From Thermoanaerobaculia bacterium (GTDB lineage Bacteria > Acidobacteriota > Thermoanaerobaculia > UBA5066): a DNA stretch of 64,000 bases. Under the pieces are notes generated by a model. That model had not been told where the DNA came from. It saw only the letters and a program-made list of their open reading frames with translations, and did no database searches. This document shows, in pieces, positions 26,551 to 36,349 of this stretch. The stretch spans positions 64,001 to 128,000 of the forward strand of contig JBBRRY010000005.1 of NCBI GenBank assembly GCA_038245905.1. Direction: 5' to 3'. The stretch's first letter is position 1. Every line of letters starts with the position of its first letter. Made by a program: the position numbers and the translations under genes.

Positions 26551-28641
26551 ATGAAGGTTTACCCCGCTTCCGCCATCCACAACGTCGCCGTCGTCGGGCA
26601 CAACGGCGTCGGAAAGACGACGCTTGTTTCCGCTCTCCTGCACGAGGCCGGCGCGACGCCGCGCTTCGGACGCGTGGAAGAGGGCAACACGCCGACCGAT
26701 TTCGACCCGGAGGAGATCGAGCGAAAAATCTCGATCTCGCTCGCGGTCGCGTCGCTCGAGTGGAAGAAGAAGAAGGTCAACCTCATCGACACGCCCGGCT
26801 ATGGCATCTTCGTCTCGGAGATGATCTGTGGCCTGAAGGCGGCCGATGCCGCGCTCCTCGTCGTGGACGCCGTCGCCGGAGTCCAGGTCCAGACCGAGAA
26901 AGCCTGGAAGCTGTGCGACGAGCTCGGGTTACCGCGTCTCGTGGTCGTCAACCGCATGGACCGCGAGAACGCGGACGGCGGCCGCGTGATGGAGCAGCTC
27001 GCCCGGAAATTCGGCCGCACCTGCGTCTGCCTCGAGGCGCCCATCGGACGCGAGAAGTCGTTCCGGGGCGTCATCGACCTCGTCGCGATGGAGGGCTATC
27101 TGACGGACGCCGCCGGGAAGACGGCTGCCGGTGCCATTCCCGAAGAGTTCGCGAAGGACGCGGCGGCCCTGCACGAAGCGCTCGTCGAGATGGTGGCCGA
27201 AGGCGATGACAAGCTCATGGAGACTTTCTTCGCTCAGGGCAACCTTTCCGAGGAGCAGATGAAGCCCGCCCTCCAGAAGGCGATCCGCGACCGGAAGATC
27301 ACGCCCGTCCTGTTCACGGCGAGCGGAGACCACGAGACGGGAGTCGAGAAGCTCCTCGACGAGATCGTCGACCTGCTTCCAACCGCCGACTCGTTCCAGA
27401 CGGTTGCCGTCAACAAGGCCGGGGCGAGCGAGGCGCTCGCCGCCGATCCGTCCGGCGCGCCGGCCGCGTTCGTCTTCAAGACGATCTCCGACCCGTACGC
27501 GGGCCGCCTGACGCTCTTCCGCGTCGTCTCGGGCACGTTCAAGAGCGACGGGACGTACATGAATCCGACACGCGAGACGCCCGAGCGCTTCGGGCAGGTC
27601 TTCTCACCCCTCGGAAAGGCGATGCAGAACGTGCCCGAGATTCCCGCGGGCGATATCGGAGGCGTCGCGAAGCTCAAGGAGACGCTCACGGGGGATTCCC
27701 TCTCCCTGAAGGAGAAGCCCCTCGTCTTCGCACCGCCGTCCTTTCCGGAGCCCGCGATCGCCTTCGCGATCGAGCCGAAGTCCAAGGGCGACGAGGACAA
27801 GATTTCCGTCGCGCTCCACAAGCTCATCGAGGAAGACCCGTCCCTGCACTTCTCGCGGGACATGGACACGCACGACTTCCTCCTCGCAGGCGCCGGGCAG
27901 CTCCACGTCGAGATCGCCATCGCGCGCATGAAGAGAAAGAGCGGAGTCGAGGTCATCCTCCACCCGCCCAAGGTCCCGTACCGGGAGACGATCACGCGTC
28001 CGGCCGAAGGGCACGGCCGCCACAAGAAACAGACGGGCGGGCACGGCCAGTTCGCGGACTGCAAGATCCGTATCAAACCGCTCGCGCGCGGCGAGGATTT
28101 CGAGTTCGTCGACGACCTCTACGGCGGCTCGATTCCGCGCAACTACGTACCCGCCGTGGAGAAGGGAATCCAGGACGTTAGAAAGCGCGGCTTCCTCGCC
28201 GGCTTCCCGATGGTCGACTTCCGCGTCGAGCTCTACGACGGGCAGTACCACGACGTCGACTCTTCGGAAATGGCTTTCAAGATCGCCGGCTCGCTCGCGT
28301 ACAAGGACGCCATGGAGAGGGCGAGGCCGACCATCCTCGAGCCCATCATGAAAATCGCGATCCGCGCGCCCCAGGAATATATGGGCGACCTCATGGGCGA
28401 CCTCACGTCGCGCCGCGGACGCCCCGCCGGCATGGATCAGGAGGGTGACGACTCCATCATCCGCGCCGAAGCGCCGCTCGCCGAGATGATCTCGTACGGG
28501 TCGATCCTTCGGGCCATCACGCAGGGTCGCGGCTCGTTCCACATGGAGATGGGCCACTACGAGGAGGTCCCGCGCCTCCTCCAGGACAAGCTCATCGCCG
28601 AGCGCGCGAAAAACCGCAAGGTGGAGGTCGTCGAGGAGTAG
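26551..28641 (+). CDS. fusA: Elongation factor G-like protein (EF-G2 type paralogue)
   Basis: GHNGVGKTT, DTPGY, NRMD, KKQTGGHGQF, HDVDSSEMAF. Confidence 0.92.
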   Translation: MKVYPASAIHNVAVVGHNGVGKTTLVSALLHEAGATPRFGRVEEGNTPTDFDPEEIERKISISLAVASLEWKKKKVNLIDTPGYGIFVSEMICGLKAADAALLVVDAVAGVQVQTEKAWKLCDELGLPRLVVVNRMDRENADGGRVMEQLARKFGRTCVCLEAPIGREKSFRGVIDLVAMEGYLTDAAGKTAAGAIPEEFAKDAAALHEALVEMVAEGDDKLMETFFAQGNLSEEQMKPALQKAIRDRKITPVLFTASGDHETGVEKLLDEIVDLLPTADSFQTVAVNKAGASEALAADPSGAPAAFVFKTISDPYAGRLTLFRVVSGTFKSDGTYMNPTRETPERFGQVFSPLGKAMQNVPEIPAGDIGGVAKLKETLTGDSLSLKEKPLVFAPPSFPEPAIAFAIEPKSKGDEDKISVALHKLIEEDPSLHFSRDMDTHDFLLAGAGQLHVEIAIARMKRKSGVEVILHPPKVPYRETITRPAEGHGRHKKQTGGHGQFADCKIRIKPLARGEDFEFVDDLYGGSIPRNYVPAVEKGIQDVRKRGFLAGFPMVDFRVELYDGQYHDVDSSEMAFKIAGSLAYKDAMERARPTILEPIMKIAIRAPQEYMGDLMGDLTSRRGRPAGMDQEGDDSIIRAEAPLAEMISYGSILRAITQGRGSFHMEMGHYEEVPRLLQDKLIAERAKNRKVEVVEE

Positions 28642-28644
28642 GGA

Positions 28645-29040
28645 TCAGCTCAGCCGAGTAATACCCGGGTGTCCGTCGAATCCTGCGTCGAAGGTCAGGA
28701 TCTCACTCACGCCCTGCTCCTCCATGACCGCGAGGTGCAGGGCGTCACGGGCCGAGAGCTTCCGGCGCGCGAGAACGATGGACTTCGCGTGATTCGCCGC
28801 GGAGATATGGATCGGGAAGACCTCATCGACGACCGCTAGAAGAGCATCGAAAGCCAGTTGGATCATGTCCCGGCGGTCGATCGCTACGTACCGGTGCAGG
28901 ATCTCCTGAAGGACCTCGACGTCGGTCACGAGGCGGCGCCGCTCGGCGATGAGTTGTTCCACGAGCTGCTGCGCGTCCACCTTGTGGGGATGGGCGGCGC
29001 CTACGAGGTACATCGGGATGTTCGAGTCGACGAAGATCAC
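28645..29040 (-). CDS. vapC: VapC-family PIN-domain toxin
   Basis: IFVDSN, EVLQE, ARDALH, TFDAGFD. GTG start overlaps the antitoxin stop. Confidence 0.9.
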   Translation of the reverse strand: MIFVDSNIPMYLVGAAHPHKVDAQQLVEQLIAERRRLVTDVEVLQEILHRYVAIDRRDMIQLAFDALLAVVDEVFPIHISAANHAKSIVLARRKLSARDALHLAVMEEQGVSEILTFDAGFDGHPGITRLS

Positions 29041-29294
29041 TCGCCCGATCCGTAGCCCTTCTCGATCTCGGCGAGCATCTGCCCGATGTCTGCTGTCGGC
29101 CCTTGGTGCTTCACGGCACGTCGGATCGCGGCGAGCTTCTCGGCGACGTCGCCGACCGGCTCCTTCCGACGCGCTTCGCGAAGCGCGCCCCGCACCCACT
29201 CGGCTACGGTCATGCGCTTCGCGCGCGCGGCGCGCTGGATCTCGCGGATCTCGGGCTCTTCGAGAAGTACCTGCAGACGCTTACTCATCATCAT
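29037..29294 (-). CDS. RHH/CopG-type antitoxin
   Basis: MSKRLQVLL..MTVAEWVR, coupled to vapC. Palindrome ACTCAT-catc-ATGAGT at 29283-29298 is a likely operator. Confidence 0.85.
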   Translation of the reverse strand: MMMSKRLQVLLEEPEIREIQRAARAKRMTVAEWVRGALREARRKEPVGDVAEKLAAIRRAVKHQGPTADIGQMLAEIEKGYGSGE

Positions 29295-29435
29295 GAGTCT
29301 ATCAGACTGTTACTATGAGTGTCGTCTCGTCTGACCCCTCAACCCACTGCTCCTCGCCGCGCTTTTCCGCCCTGATCAGCCCGCATCATGGCGGCCGGGC
29401 ACGCACTCGGGCGACCCTAGTTTCGAGGTTTGCCC

Positions 29436-30740
29436 ATGTCGATCGCCACGGCCGGGGAGGATCTCCTCGGTAACCTGATCGCGGACGGGAGCATTTCGCG
29501 CCCGTCCGCTCCCGCGCCCGAAACCCTGTGGAATCAGCGCTTCGCGCAGAGAACGCAGCGCATCACGGCCTCGATGATCCGCGAGCTCCTCAAGCTCACG
29601 GAACAGCCCGACATCATCTCCTTCGCCGGCGGCCTGCCCGCGCCCGAGGTGTTCCCCGTCGAGGAGATCCGCGCCGCGACCGAGCGCGTCCTCCGTGACA
29701 ACCCGACGACGGCCCTCCAGTACACGACGACCGAGGGCTACCGGCCGCTCCGCGAGCTCCTCGTCCGCCACATGAGCCGCTACGGCGTCGAGGTCAGGCC
29801 CGAGAACGTCCTCGTGACGTCCGGCTCGCAGCAGGCTCTGGACCTGATCGGGAAGCTTCTCATCAACCCCGGCGACCGCGTCCTGACCGAGGCTCCGACG
29901 TACCTCGGCGCCCTGCAGGCCTTCAACGCATACCAGGCTGACTACCTTCCCGTGCCGATCGACGACGACGGGATGAACGTCGACGCACTCGAGGAGCAAC
30001 TGCGGGGCGGGCCGAAGTTCGTGTACGCGCTCCCGAACTTTCAGAACCCCGCGGGCGTCACTCTCAGCATGGCGCGCCGCCGGCGCCTCGTCGAGCGGGC
30101 GGCTCACGTCGGGATCCCGATCGTCGAGGACGACCCGTACGGACAGCTCCGGTACGAAGGGGAGCATCTCCCGTCGCTCGTGAGGCTCGACGCCGAGACG
30201 CACGGCTGCGCGAACGGCGAGCGCGTGTTCACCGGCAACGTCCTCTACCTCTCGACGCTCTCGAAGACGCTCGCGCCAGGCCTCAGGGTGGCATGGGTCG
30301 TCGCCCCAGAGGTCGTCATCTCGAAGCTCGTCCAGATCAAGCAGGGCGCCGACCTTCACACCTCGACGTTCTGCCAATACGTCGCCTACGAGGCCGCCAA
30401 GGGCGGCTTCCTCGACAAGCACGTGCGCCGGATCCGGACGGTCTACGGCGAGCGCCGCGACGCGATGCTCCGCTCCCTCGACCGCCACGCGCCTCCAGGC
30501 GTGCGCTGGACGCGGCCGGGGGGGGGACTCTTTCTCTGGGCGACGCTGCCCGAAGGTTTCGACACTCTGAAGCTCCTCGACGAGGCGATCGCCGAAAAGG
30601 TCGCGTTCGTCCCCGGCTCCGCGTTCTACCCCTATGGCGGCGGCGAGCGGACGATGCGCCTGAACTTCTCCTACGCGGCGCCCGACGTCATCGAAGAGGG
30701 CATCAAGCGGCTTTCGCGTGTGATCGAGAGGAAGCTCTAA
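29436..30740 (+). CDS. PLP-dependent aminotransferase (LysN/MocR-like class I)
   Basis: ISFAGGLP, GSQQAL, PNFQNPAG, EDDPY, SKTLAPGLR. Confidence 0.92.
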   Translation: MSIATAGEDLLGNLIADGSISRPSAPAPETLWNQRFAQRTQRITASMIRELLKLTEQPDIISFAGGLPAPEVFPVEEIRAATERVLRDNPTTALQYTTTEGYRPLRELLVRHMSRYGVEVRPENVLVTSGSQQALDLIGKLLINPGDRVLTEAPTYLGALQAFNAYQADYLPVPIDDDGMNVDALEEQLRGGPKFVYALPNFQNPAGVTLSMARRRRLVERAAHVGIPIVEDDPYGQLRYEGEHLPSLVRLDAETHGCANGERVFTGNVLYLSTLSKTLAPGLRVAWVVAPEVVISKLVQIKQGADLHTSTFCQYVAYEAAKGGFLDKHVRRIRTVYGERRDAMLRSLDRHAPPGVRWTRPGGGLFLWATLPEGFDTLKLLDEAIAEKVAFVPGSAFYPYGGGERTMRLNFSYAAPDVIEEGIKRLSRVIERKL

Positions 30741-30746
30741 CCGCGC

Positions 30747-31526
30747 TCAAGCCCCGTGAACGCCTTCCTTCGAGGAGGCGATGAAGTCGCGGAGAAACTT
30801 CACGTCGTCGGACGCCGCCGCGAGCGGGTCGAGACCCGCAAGGAGGGCGGCCTTGTCGTGGCGGTGCTTGTGGAGGATGCGGTAGGCCTTCTGGAGGGCT
30901 TGGACGCGCTCCTTCGAGAAGCCCTTGCGTTCGAGGCCGACCGCGTTGACCTTGTATGCCTTCACGTCGCGCTCGCCCGCGCTCCACAGGAACGGCAGCA
31001 CGTCGCGGTTCATCGTCGCGTAGGCTCCGACGAACGCGTGACGCCCGACCCGGATGAACTGACGCGCGCCCGCGTAGGCCCCGAGGACGACGTCGTCCTC
31101 CACCGTCGTATGACCGGCAAGCCCCGCGTAGTTCGCGAAGACGGTCCGGCTCCCGACGACACAGTCGTGGGCGACGTGGGTGTACGCCATGAAGAGGTTG
31201 TCGTCGCCGATCACGGTGGTCTTGTGACCCGTGACGGTGCCGCGGTGGATCGTGCAGAACTCACGGAAGACGTTCCGGTTGCCTATCACGAGCGTCGTCG
31301 GCTCGCCCTTGTACTTGAGGTCCTGCGGCGGCCCGCCGAGCGCGGCCAGCGGGAAGATCCGATTGTCCTCGCCGATCGTCGTGGGGCCCTCGATGACGGC
31401 GTGGGCGCCGACGGTCGTGCGCGCGCCGATCGTGACGTCGGCTCCGATGATCGCGTAGGGGCCGATGTCCGCGGTCGGATGGACGGAAGCCATCGGGTCC
31501 ACGACGGCGGTCGGGTGAATCGGCAT
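30747..31526 (-). CDS. lpxA: UDP-N-acetylglucosamine acyltransferase
   Basis: IHPTAVV, PQDLKY, IHRGT, HVAHDC and hexapeptide repeats. Confidence 0.95.
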   Translation of the reverse strand: MPIHPTAVVDPMASVHPTADIGPYAIIGADVTIGARTTVGAHAVIEGPTTIGEDNRIFPLAALGGPPQDLKYKGEPTTLVIGNRNVFREFCTIHRGTVTGHKTTVIGDDNLFMAYTHVAHDCVVGSRTVFANYAGLAGHTTVEDDVVLGAYAGARQFIRVGRHAFVGAYATMNRDVLPFLWSAGERDVKAYKVNAVGLERKGFSKERVQALQKAYRILHKHRHDKAALLAGLDPLAAASDDVKFLRDFIASSKEGVHGA

Positions 31527-32002
31527 CACGCAGCTCCCGGACGGCTCACGAGGCTCGACATGATCTCGGCCTCGGCGCAGAGTGCGCCGTCCACGCGGGC
31601 CTCCGCCTTGATCTTCACGAGGCCCATTCTCACGTTCAGGATCTCCACGGTCGCGACGAGCTGGTCCCCCGGGAACACGGGCCGCCGGAAGCGCGCCTTG
31701 TCGACGCCCGAAAGGTACATGAGCTTCGAGGCGGGATCCGGCTCGCGCGCGAAGAACAGGCAGCCCGCAACCTGCGCCATGAACTCGAGGATCAGCACAC
31801 CGGGCATGACCGGGTTCCCCGGGAAGTGCCCCTGGAATTGCGGCTCGTTCACGCTGATGTTCTTGAACCCGACGGCCCTCGAGCCCGGCACGACCGGCCC
31901 CGGCGACATCTCGAGGATCCGGTCCACGAGGAGAAACGGGTAGCGATGCGGCAGGAGCCGCATGATCTCCAGAATGCTGAGGCCCGTGCTCTCTTCTGTC
32001 AT
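31526..32002 (-). CDS. fabZ: 3-hydroxyacyl-ACP dehydratase
   Basis: LPHRYPFLLVDR, FQGHFP, MPGVLILE, FRRPVFPGD. Confidence 0.96.
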   Translation of the reverse strand: MTEESTGLSILEIMRLLPHRYPFLLVDRILEMSPGPVVPGSRAVGFKNISVNEPQFQGHFPGNPVMPGVLILEFMAQVAGCLFFAREPDPASKLMYLSGVDKARFRRPVFPGDQLVATVEILNVRMGLVKIKAEARVDGALCAEAEIMSSLVSRPGAA

Positions 32003-33030
32003 TCTGGCGCACCCTTGAGGAGGCCCGATTTCTCGGCCAGGCGGCGCACGAGGCGTGCCGTCTCCGGCAGCCGGCTGAACTCGATGTACGACTTCTCGTA
32101 GGCGCGATAGCCGATCGCGGGCGTCCCGTAGAGCGCCTGGCCCGGGGGCACGTCGCGCCCGATTCCGCTCTGGGCCTGCGCCTTCGCGCCGTCGCTGACC
32201 GTGATGTGCCCCGCGACGCCGACCTGTCCGCCGAGGACCACGCCGTTCCCGATGACGGCCGACCCGGAGATACCGGATTGCGCGCAGATGATCGTGTGGC
32301 GGCCGACCGTCACGTTGTGGCCGATCTGAACGAGGTTGTCGACCTTCGTACCGGCTCCGAGGGACGTCGTCTCGAGGGCCGCCCGGTCGACGCACGCGTT
32401 CGCGCCGACTTCGACGTCGTCGCCGATCGCGACGATTCCGACCTGCGGAATCTTGACGATGCCGTTGCCCGTCGTCGCGTAGCCGAACCCGTCCGCTCCG
32501 AGAACGGCCCCGCTGTGGATCTCCACTCGCTCGCCGAGAGCGATGCGGTCGTACAGGACGACGTGGGCATGGAGCCAGGAGCCCTTGCCGACGCGGCAGT
32601 TCGCGCCAACGACGGTGTGCGCCTCGATCACGGCGCCGGCCTCGATTCGCGCGTCGGCGCCGATCACGGCGAACGGGCCGATCTCGGCGGATGGGTCGAC
32701 CGCCGCGGAAGGATCGACGACCGCGGTCAGGTGGATTCCGGGCCGCGCGGACCGGCGCGGATGGAAGACCTGGAGAACGGCAATGAGAGCCTGTTGGGGA
32801 TCGGCCACCTCGATGACGGTCTTCTCCGGCAGGTCGGACGCGGTGCGAGCCAGGAAGGCCGCGGCCCTGGAGGAGAGGGCGCGCTTCAATGCCTTGGCGT
32901 CCAACACGAACGACAGGGACTCGGCGCCCGCACCCTCCAGGGATCGGACGCCGGCCAGCCGCCGGTCTCCGTCGCCGACGACGCGCCCACCGCAGGCGCG
33001 GGCCACTTCGGCGACGGAGAAGAGCGCCAC
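31999..33030 (-). CDS. lpxD: UDP-3-O-acylglucosamine N-acyltransferase
   Basis: GADGFGY, KIPQVG, KVDNLVQIGHN. Confidence 0.95.
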   Translation of the reverse strand: MALFSVAEVARACGGRVVGDGDRRLAGVRSLEGAGAESLSFVLDAKALKRALSSRAAAFLARTASDLPEKTVIEVADPQQALIAVLQVFHPRRSARPGIHLTAVVDPSAAVDPSAEIGPFAVIGADARIEAGAVIEAHTVVGANCRVGKGSWLHAHVVLYDRIALGERVEIHSGAVLGADGFGYATTGNGIVKIPQVGIVAIGDDVEVGANACVDRAALETTSLGAGTKVDNLVQIGHNVTVGRHTIICAQSGISGSAVIGNGVVLGGQVGVAGHITVSDGAKAQAQSGIGRDVPPGQALYGTPAIGYRAYEKSYIEFSRLPETARLVRRLAEKSGLLKGAPE

Positions 33031-33037
33031 GCCCAGC

Positions 33038-33649
33038 TTACTTCTTGGGAGCGGCCGAAACGGCGGGCTTGGTCGCGGCGGGAGCGGCAGGCTTTGCCGC
33101 GGCCGGTGCAGCCGGAGCCGCGATCATCGAGTTGAACTTCGTGATGACGGCTTCCGTCAGGTCGACGGACTTGTCATCGGCGAAGAGCAGCCCCGAGTTG
33201 AACTTGTTGAATACGAGGGTGTAACCCTGTTCGCGCGCGACCTCGTTGATCACCGGCATGATCCGTTTCTCGAGATCTCCGAGCTCCTTGCGCTGGGACT
33301 CTTCCAGCTCGCGCTGGGCGTCGTCCTGGAAGCGCTTCAGATCGAGCGCCTTGGCCTGATAGTCCTTCTGGAGCTTCTCCATGGCGTCCTCGGACAGGGA
33401 CTTGCCCTGGTCCTGGATCTTCTGCTCCATGTCCCGGAGCTCCTTCTGGCGCTTGGCGAGGTCGTCCTGCTTGGCCTGTTGGACCTTTTGGACCCTGGCC
33501 AGGCTCTCCTTGCCGATGGCGGACTCCTGAACGATCTTCTGGACTTCGATCACGCCGATCTTTCCACCGGCGGTCGACTGGGCGGAGGCTCCGCTGGCGA
33601 GAACACCGAGGGCAAGGGCGCCGGCGGCGAGGGTCACGGTGCGATTCAT
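33038..33649 (-). CDS. skp: Periplasmic chaperone Skp/OmpH
   Basis: Signal peptide, KIGVI, coiled coil, VDLTEAVI; located between bamA and lpxD. Confidence 0.9.
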   Translation of the reverse strand: MNRTVTLAAGALALGVLASGASAQSTAGGKIGVIEVQKIVQESAIGKESLARVQKVQQAKQDDLAKRQKELRDMEQKIQDQGKSLSEDAMEKLQKDYQAKALDLKRFQDDAQRELEESQRKELGDLEKRIMPVINEVAREQGYTLVFNKFNSGLLFADDKSVDLTEAVITKFNSMIAAPAAPAAAKPAAPAATKPAVSAAPKK

Positions 33650-33725
33650 GGATGGAACTCCTTCGTTGATTTTGGTCTCCGGGAGAACGCCGTCTCCAAG
33701 GAGGCGCGGATCATACTGGAAATGG

Positions 33726-36290
33726 CTAGAACGTCGTCCCGATCGAGAACTGGAAGTCGGTCTTGGATTCCGTCTGGATGACCGTGCCCGCCGCGTCCTT
33801 CAGGTCTTTCGGCTTGAGGTTGATGCCGTAGATGAACCGCAGGGGCGCCTGGAAAATAGGCAGGAAGACGCGCATTTCGAGGCCAGTCGAGGTGCGCATC
33901 GAGCCGAGATTCACCGACTGGCCCTCGAGCCAGGTGTTTCCCGCGTCGAAAAAGGCCGCGATCTTCAGCGGGCCGGCGAGCGCGTATACGTACTCAAAAT
34001 TGAACACCGCAAACCGGTTCCCTCCGAGGAGGGCGCCGGAGCTCGTAAAGAAAGCCCGGTCCTGGTCGTCCACAGGGTAGATCGATCCGTACTTGAACCC
34101 GCGCACGGAGCGGTCTCCCCCGATGCGGTAGCGCTCGAAGAGGGGTATCCGGCTGTCGGAGGTGATCTCGTTTGGATCCTGCTCGCCGTTGTAGGCCTTG
34201 AGAAGCCCGAGATCGAGGTTCAGCGCGAAGTTGCCCTTCTTGCCGAACGGGATGTAACGCGTCGCGTTCGCGCTGAGTTTGTAGTACGAGAAGTTGCCGC
34301 CGAACGGCCCGCCCGCCATGGACAGCGAGGCGCCGACCTTCATTCCCCGATTCGGGTCGAAGGGGTCGTTTCGGCTGTCGTACCGGTACCCGGGGGTGAC
34401 CGCCGACGTCTTGCCGACGTACGTCGCGAACGCCACCGGGACGGCGCCGCCGCCGGGGGGAGCAGGCGGCGGATAAACCTGATACGTGCTCTGGGTGTCG
34501 GTGTAGGCGTAAAAGATCGAGGCGACGTCGAAGACCCCCAGCCCATAGCCGAGCGAGAGGCTCGCGCCCTTGCTCTTCTGGTCGAGGCCGCCTGCGACAT
34601 CGCTGTAGTCCAGCGTTCGGTTGAAGATCGAGCCGCCGACCGACATCCTCTGGTCGAGAAACCATGGCTCGGCAAACGAGACGTCGAAGAAGTTCGACCG
34701 GTTGCCGCGCTGGAACTGGACTCCGAGGTTGTCGCCGCGGCCGAGGAAGTTCCGCGTGTTGAACTGGAACTGCCCGAACAGGCCGTCGAGCTGCGAATAA
34801 CCCGCGCCGAACTGGACCTCGTTACGGTTCGTGTCCGTGCCCTTGATCGAGACGTCGACCGTCTTCTTCTCCGCGTTGACGCGGAAATCGGGGTCTTCCT
34901 CGATCTTGAAGTAGCCGAGCTGCGTCACCTTGAACAGACTCTTTTTGAAGGTCTCCATGTCCATGATGTCGCCTTCGAAGACCTGCAGCTCGCGTCTCAG
35001 CACCTTGTCGCGCGTCGTCTTGTTGCCCGTGAATTCGATTCGGCCGAGCCGGTACTGGTCGCCTTCGGTAATCTTCACGACGACGTCAACGACGTGATTC
35101 GGTTTCTCGGTGTTCTCGGGGTTCATGAAGACGTAGATGTAGCCGCGGCTGCGGTAGGTGGCGTCGACGGACTTCATCCCGTCGGCGATGACCGCCCGGC
35201 TCATCGGTTTCCCAGCCCGATAGCCGAAGAACCGCTCGAGCTGCTCCGGCCGGAAGACCGTCGAGCCTTCGACCGTGACCTTGCCGAAATAGAACTTCTC
35301 GCCCTCGACGATCGGGATCGTGATCCGGACACGCCGGTTGATCTTTTCCCGGCGCTTTTCCCTGGGGTTCATCACGAACACGTCGAGGATCGGGTCCTTG
35401 ATGACGACGTCCTTGTAGCCCGCGTCCTGATAGACCTTGCGGAGACTCTCGGCGTCTTCTTCATAGCCCGCCTGGTTGAACGTGGACTTGCTGTCGAAGA
35501 ACCGCCACCAGTGCGCCTGCTTTGTCTTCTTGATCGCGTACCGGAGCTTGGTCTGGCCGAAGACCGTGTTGCCCACGAAGACGATCGACTCGATCTTGAT
35601 CTTGTCGCCCTCGTCCACGAGGAAGACGACGCGGCGTTGCAGATCGGAGACGTTCTCGGTTGTCGCGTCGATCGCCACGGACCGGAAACCCTCGGCCTTG
35701 TAGGCTTCGAGGAGGACCGACTTCGCCTTCGCGACGTCCCGCAGCGAAACGGGCGCTCCCACCCTGATCTCCGCCTTTCCTTCCTTGAGCTTGTCCTTGA
35801 GCTGGGAGGTCGTCATCTTCTTATTGCCCCGGAATTCGAGGTCCGAGACGGTCGGCCGCTCGACGACGATCGCGACGAGCACGATGCCGGCCGGAGTCGT
35901 CTCTTTTTCGAGAGTCACGTTCTCGAAGAGGCCCGAGTCCCAGAGCTTTCCGAAATTCCGCTTGACCTGCTCCTCGTCGAACGGATCGCCCGCCTTGATG
36001 CCCAGATAGAAACCGACCGTCTCGGCGGCAGTCGTCTTTCCGCCGCGGACGACGATTTGCGCGATCTTCGGTTTGGCGGCCGCCGGCGCGGGGGCAGGGG
36101 TAATGGCCGAGGCTGCGGACATGTCCGGTTTCGGCAGCATGCCCGACAGGGGCGATTCCGTCCGTGTTTCGCTGAAAGGGGAATCGCCTGAAGGCGTCGG
36201 CGTGGGAGAGGGCGATTGGGCGAGCGCGGCCCTGCACGCAAGAACGGCCAGTAAGGTCCCCGTGAGGGCCTGAGCCTTAATGGCACGCAC
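33726..36290 (-). CDS. bamA: Outer membrane protein assembly factor BamA
   Basis: Five POTRA-like repeats, GNKTTRDKVLRRE, SVRGF loop motif, terminal FQFSIGTTF. Start approximate. Confidence 0.95.
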   Translation of the reverse strand: MRAIKAQALTGTLLAVLACRAALAQSPSPTPTPSGDSPFSETRTESPLSGMLPKPDMSAASAITPAPAPAAAKPKIAQIVVRGGKTTAAETVGFYLGIKAGDPFDEEQVKRNFGKLWDSGLFENVTLEKETTPAGIVLVAIVVERPTVSDLEFRGNKKMTTSQLKDKLKEGKAEIRVGAPVSLRDVAKAKSVLLEAYKAEGFRSVAIDATTENVSDLQRRVVFLVDEGDKIKIESIVFVGNTVFGQTKLRYAIKKTKQAHWWRFFDSKSTFNQAGYEEDAESLRKVYQDAGYKDVVIKDPILDVFVMNPREKRREKINRRVRITIPIVEGEKFYFGKVTVEGSTVFRPEQLERFFGYRAGKPMSRAVIADGMKSVDATYRSRGYIYVFMNPENTEKPNHVVDVVVKITEGDQYRLGRIEFTGNKTTRDKVLRRELQVFEGDIMDMETFKKSLFKVTQLGYFKIEEDPDFRVNAEKKTVDVSIKGTDTNRNEVQFGAGYSQLDGLFGQFQFNTRNFLGRGDNLGVQFQRGNRSNFFDVSFAEPWFLDQRMSVGGSIFNRTLDYSDVAGGLDQKSKGASLSLGYGLGVFDVASIFYAYTDTQSTYQVYPPPAPPGGGAVPVAFATYVGKTSAVTPGYRYDSRNDPFDPNRGMKVGASLSMAGGPFGGNFSYYKLSANATRYIPFGKKGNFALNLDLGLLKAYNGEQDPNEITSDSRIPLFERYRIGGDRSVRGFKYGSIYPVDDQDRAFFTSSGALLGGNRFAVFNFEYVYALAGPLKIAAFFDAGNTWLEGQSVNLGSMRTSTGLEMRVFLPIFQAPLRFIYGINLKPKDLKDAAGTVIQTESKTDFQFSIGTTF

Positions 36291-36349
36291 GGATCGACCG
36301 GAAGCGAACCCGGCGCAACCGCCGGGCGGACGTTTCGACGACACCCGGT

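Noticed and set aside
30518-30526. G9 run in the aminotransferase (and G8 at 18823-18830) as phase-variation tracts
   Set aside because: Both are in frame and encode Gly residues. Short G runs are expected at this GC content.
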